DNA of 64,000 nt from a virus: the IMG/VR virus record IMGVR_UViG_3300009068_004979. One strand, written 5' to 3'. The position numbers and the translations under genes were made by a program. The notes under the pieces are model-generated. The model saw only the letters and a list, made by a program, of their open reading frames with translations, was not told the DNA's origin and did not search any database. Shown in pieces: positions 63,843 to 64,000 of this stretch. Position 1 is the stretch's first letter. Each line of letters starts with the position of its first letter.

Positions 63843-64000
63843 AAGCTTTTTTGAAGCTAAGATATCACCTTTTGTAGCACGCACACAACAGACAGCTGCA
63901 AGCCCAGGTACAAACATAGGCATGACATCTGGTGACTTGTTGAACACATTTCCGAGCTCAATCAAGCAAGTTTCTATTACATTACCAAAAAAGAAAAAAA
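63829..64000 (+). CDS. Partial ORF with capsid-targeting-like N-terminus
   Basis: MKSFKSFFEAKISPFVART...NTFPSS...LPKKKK, open to the right edge. Confidence 0.55.
   Translation, partial: MKSFKSFFEAKISPFVARTQQTAASPGTNIGMTSGDLLNTFPSSIKQVSITLPKKKK

Noticed and set aside
1-64000. tRNA genes, CRISPR arrays, transposases, integrase, stop-codon recoding
   Set aside because: No cloverleaf or repeat-spacer pattern noticed by eye in the few short intergenic gaps; genes are intact under the standard code. A tRNAscan/Infernal run would be needed for certainty

Overview
A 64-kb, AT-rich, densely coding segment of a large T4-like (myovirus) phage genome read in the standard genetic code. All gene calls come from motif recognition by eye, with no database searches. 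The window holds the replication/recombination core (gp41, UvsX, gp43, gp46/47, gp55, UvsW, UvsY, gp62-like, DinG-like) and head/neck genes (gp15, gp20, gp13, gp4, gp21, gp22, gp23). It also has a gp5-like spike, a tail fibre with an S74 chaperone, a phage ribosomal protein bS21 and PhoH. The strongest observations are five. (1) An 85-aa gene carries a copy of the mature N-terminal arm of the major capsid protein 35 kb away: 21/24 residues are identical but only 4 codons are, so it is conserved at the protein level. (2) A dispersed but complete 7-deazaguanine pathway (folE, queD, queE, queC, queF) plus a six-gene operon (TGT-like, PurN-like formyltransferase, GMP reductase, DUF1599-like, kinase, QueF) looks like a nucleotide-pool route for replacing G with formyl-preQ1. 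(3) Most sigma70-like (TTGnnn-N16-TAnnnT) and late (TAAATA) promoters sit 5-8 nt from the start codon, which implies a largely leaderless transcriptome. (4) A 12-kb branched/deoxy-sugar and glycosyltransferase cluster is present. (5) About a dozen proteins have T4-style capsid-targeting N-termini. A small DUF4032-like gene hints at a Verrucomicrobia-type host.
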